From the NCBI GenBank assembly GCA_963812015.1, contig CAWETI010000002.1, forward strand, positions 128,001 to 192,000: a stretch of DNA of 64,000 nt. Direction: 5' to 3'. Below the pieces are notes generated by a model. It saw nothing but the letters and a program-made list of their open reading frames with translations. It was not told the origin of the DNA and did no database searches. How positions within the stretch are numbered: position 1 is the first letter of the stretch; each line of letters starts with the position of its first letter. Of the stretch, positions 61,288-64,000 are shown piece after piece. Source of the DNA: an uncultured delta proteobacterium (GTDB taxonomy: Bacteria > Desulfobacterota > Desulfobaccia > Desulfobaccales > 0-14-0-80-60-11). Position numbers and translations under genes: made by a program.

Positions 61288-61962
61288 TCATGGCCGCCAC
61301 AGGAGAAACGGCGCGCCGGTGCGGTTCAGCCACCGGCGGCGGGCGGCGTAGTCCGGCAAGACCTTGGCCACCTGGCCCCAGAAGCGGGGGTTGTGCCCCG
61401 GGACCTTAAGGTGCGCCAGTTCATGGACGATCACGTAGTCGATGACCTCCGGGGGGCACATGATCAGGCGCCAGTTGAATTTGAGGGTGCCGTCGGGATG
61501 GCATTCGCCCCAGCGCCGCTTCCACTCCTTGAGCGTAACCGGGCCCGGCGTCAGGCCCATGGAGGTCCCGAAATGGCTTACCCGCTCCTGAAGCAGCCGA
61601 AAGGCGCGCTCCGCGTACCAGGCGACCAAACGGGACCAGAGATCGGCCCCTTCCGGCAGAGGCACCCGGATCTCTTTACCGTTTAAGGTCACGGCTCCCT
61701 GCCCGCCCCTAAGTACCGTGAGCCGGAACGGCTGTCCCAGGAAGTAGGCCTCCCCCTCCTTGAGGCGGTTCCAGGCCGCTTGCCTTTCCGCCACCTTGGC
61801 CTCGATCCAGGCCCGGTGTTTGGAGAGGGCTAGGGCGAGGCTCTCTTGGGAGGTTCCCCGGGGTAGGCTGACCACCACCCGGCCCTCGTTGGTGACCATG
61901 AGGCCGATGCTTTTCCGCCGGGGGCTGAGGCGGTATTCGATGTCCAGGTCGTCGAATTTCAT
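61288..61962 (-). CDS. YgjP/DUF45 SprT-like zinc metallohydrolase
   Basis: RWGEC, FNWRLI, IDYVIVHELAHL..HNPRFW. Confidence 0.9.
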   Translation of the reverse strand: MKFDDLDIEYRLSPRRKSIGLMVTNEGRVVVSLPRGTSQESLALALSKHRAWIEAKVAERQAAWNRLKEGEAYFLGQPFRLTVLRGGQGAVTLNGKEIRVPLPEGADLWSRLVAWYAERAFRLLQERVSHFGTSMGLTPGPVTLKEWKRRWGECHPDGTLKFNWRLIMCPPEVIDYVIVHELAHLKVPGHNPRFWGQVAKVLPDYAARRRWLNRTGAPFLLWRP

Positions 61963-62215
61963 TATTTTATTATCGCATAGAAAGTTATCGCAGGGGCGAA
62001 CCCAGGTGGGCCCATTTTACGGCGGACACGCTTAAATCCGCCCCTTCATCCCTAATCCCGTCGAACAGCCAAATAAAAAGGGCGGATTCAGTCTGGGCTG
62101 AAAGCCCGGGCTCAATCCGCCCCGTAAGGGGTTGGGAGGGGGGCTAAGAGGGGGGCAGGGACACTTACGAAAAATACGAAAAACTCCCTGGCCCTCCCCC
62201 TTAATCTCTTCGCTC

Positions 62216-64000
62216 TTACAACCTATACCGCTCCTCCACGATCTTTTCCACTTCCTCTTCCGAGGGCATGTTGTCCCGGTAGCCAGCCATGTACTGGTTC
62301 CGGAGCCACCGGAAGAGGCTGACGGTTTCGTTGATCCGGACGATCTCCGGGATGTCGCCGCTTTTCACGGTCTTGATGTGCTGGTTGTACTGGCCCAGCA
62401 TAGACACCACGTCGTAGAAGGTGGCGGCCTCCCGCTTGATGCCCCGCTTGAAGGACTTGCCCTCCTTGGGATAGATCAGGTCGGGGGCCGGGTTGCCCGA
62501 GATGTCGATGCGCTGGAAGGGCCGCCGCACCGCCACCTGCCATTTCCGGGACTCCACCATCATCCGGGAGATCATCGGCCCGGCCCAGTCGCTGGTCACA
62601 TGGCCCGTGGGGCAGGCGGAGAAGAACTCCACCAGGGAGGGGCCGTTGTAGGCGATGGCTTCCTTGAGGATCTTGATGGCGTAGAAGGGGTTGTCGATGG
62701 TGAGCTTGGCGGCGTAAACGTGGGAGATGGCCATGGCCTGGCTGATGATCCGGCGGTGGAGGGTAGTCTTGCCGGCTAACTTCCTGCCGATGGGGGAGGT
62801 GGAGCGGTCGGTCCCGAAACGGGTGGCCCCGGACTTCTGCATCCCGGTGTTCATGTAGCCTTCGTTGTTGAAGATGACCCAGGTGATGTCGAAATTTTCC
62901 CCCAGGGCATGGTTGAAGGGACCGTTGCCGATGTCGTAGATGGCGCCATCCCCGGCAAAGACGATGATCTTGGTCAGCACGCTGTTGTAGCGGTTCTGGT
63001 AGGCCTGGTCCAGGCTGAACTTGGCCCCCAGGGCGGCGGCGGAGGCGGTGCCGAAGCCGTAGTGGCCCGAGGGGTACATCCGGGTATTGAAGGGGTTCAC
63101 CAGTTCGGACACCTGGTCGCAGCCGGTGGCGTTGATGGAATAGATATTGAAGCCGTGGTCCAGCATGTGTTCGATGGCCCGCTTGTTCTTTTCCGACAGG
63201 ATCTTCAGGCCCTGGTAGAAGGTGGCGATGCCCTGGGGATTGTTGCGCAGGGACTCCGCCGCAAAGAAGGTCAGGAGGTTGATGACCCCCTCGGAGCAGC
63301 CCGGGCACAGGGTGTGCTTGCCGGGGAAGAGCTTGGAAAAAACGAAGAGCACCTGGTGGTTGAGGGAGAGCTTGTCCACGTAGGGAGCCAGGTTGACCGT
63401 GTTGTCCCACTCCCGGCAAGCCTGGGGGAGAAAGTCCTCGTCTTGCACCGCGTGTTTGTCCGCCATTTTCAAGGCGTCGGTGGGGCAGACCTGGGCGCAC
63501 ACGCCGCAGCCCTTGCAGGCGGCGGGATCGGCGTTGATATTCAAGGCGAAGCGCTCCCAGGGGATGCCCTTAGGCGGGTTCTTAAACTTCTTGAAATACC
63601 GGGCCGCCTCGTCCACCGGCCGGTCGGTGACCGTGGAAATGAGGGCCGAATCGGGGCACGAGGCGGTGCACACCCCGCAGGCGATGCACTTGGCGGCGTC
63701 ATAAACCGGCAGTTGGGCGCCGATAAAGCTCATATCCCGGTAGCGGCTGGTGCCGGCGGGCACGATGGGCAGGAAATGGTCCCAGGGGACCTTCTTGCCA
63801 TCCAGGATGGGCTTGATCATATCCTGGTAGAAGACCTCCTGGTAGTTCTCCGTCATATTCACCGGCCGGATGATGCCCATTTGGTCTTTGTCGCTGAGGA
63901 CCACCGGCAGCCCTGCGGTCCTGGGGCCCTGGCCGAAGTTCTCCGGCAGCGGCGGGGTGTAGGCCGGGGTGGTGGCGTCCAGGGCTAGGGCTCCGGGGGC
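62216..64000 (-). CDS. 5'-partial 2-oxoacid:ferredoxin oxidoreductase (ferredoxin domain + TPP-binding beta domain)
   Basis: Frame open to window end; CIACGVCTASCP, CKGCGVCAQVCP, LCPGC, NATGC, GDGAIYDIG..NNEGYMNTG.QKS, ACP. Confidence 0.88.
   Translation of the reverse strand, partial: APGALALDATTPAYTPPLPENFGQGPRTAGLPVVLSDKDQMGIIRPVNMTENYQEVFYQDMIKPILDGKKVPWDHFLPIVPAGTSRYRDMSFIGAQLPVYDAAKCIACGVCTASCPDSALISTVTDRPVDEAARYFKKFKNPPKGIPWERFALNINADPAACKGCGVCAQVCPTDALKMADKHAVQDEDFLPQACREWDNTVNLAPYVDKLSLNHQVLFVFSKLFPGKHTLCPGCSEGVINLLTFFAAESLRNNPQGIATFYQGLKILSEKNKRAIEHMLDHGFNIYSINATGCDQVSELVNPFNTRMYPSGHYGFGTASAAALGAKFSLDQAYQNRYNSVLTKIIVFAGDGAIYDIGNGPFNHALGENFDITWVIFNNEGYMNTGMQKSGATRFGTDRSTSPIGRKLAGKTTLHRRIISQAMAISHVYAAKLTIDNPFYAIKILKEAIAYNGPSLVEFFSACPTGHVTSDWAGPMISRMMVESRKWQVAVRRPFQRIDISGNPAPDLIYPKEGKSFKRGIKREAATFYDVVSMLGQYNQHIKTVKSGDIPEIVRINETVSLFRWLRNQYMAGYRDNMPSEEEVEKIVEERYRL

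Noticed and set aside
1..64000. CRISPR array or prophage
   Set aside because: No regularly spaced repeats with unique spacers, no cas genes and no phage structural genes seen

Overview
GC-rich chromosomal region that most resembles an anaerobic Desulfobacterota (Desulfobacca/Syntrophobacter-like) bacterium; this taxonomy is inferred from gene content only. It is mostly housekeeping and energy metabolism: a MacAB-TolC-type efflux operon with a divergent MarR, dinB, nfnAB, fhs, metV-metF, trxA-trxB-bamD, surE, a Gld-like ABC operon, ileS-lspA-lgt-cdsA, tRNA-Pro(CGG), kup and a partial 2-oxoacid:ferredoxin oxidoreductase. Two features stand out. (1) A complete 3.1-kb IS1-family (ISMhu11-like) element at 29740-32871, with 17-bp terminal inverted repeats, an 8-bp target duplication and three passenger genes. 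Its transposase is preceded by a 234-nt structured leader containing a tRNA/tmRNA-like domain (canonical T-arm, G3.U70, A73) and an opposing sigma70 promoter that would make a structured antisense RNA. (2) A cysteine synthase fused to a CysRS domain that has lost its Zn-binding cysteines, HIGH and KMSKS motifs but keeps its tRNA-binding parts. Also present: a cooS C-terminal relic next to the Wood-Ljungdahl methyl-branch genes, an SH3-M15-GH19 peptidoglycan hydrolase inside an apparently decaying ABC exporter operon, several frameshifts or nonsense codons (some probably sequencing errors) and many REP/MITE-like repeats.
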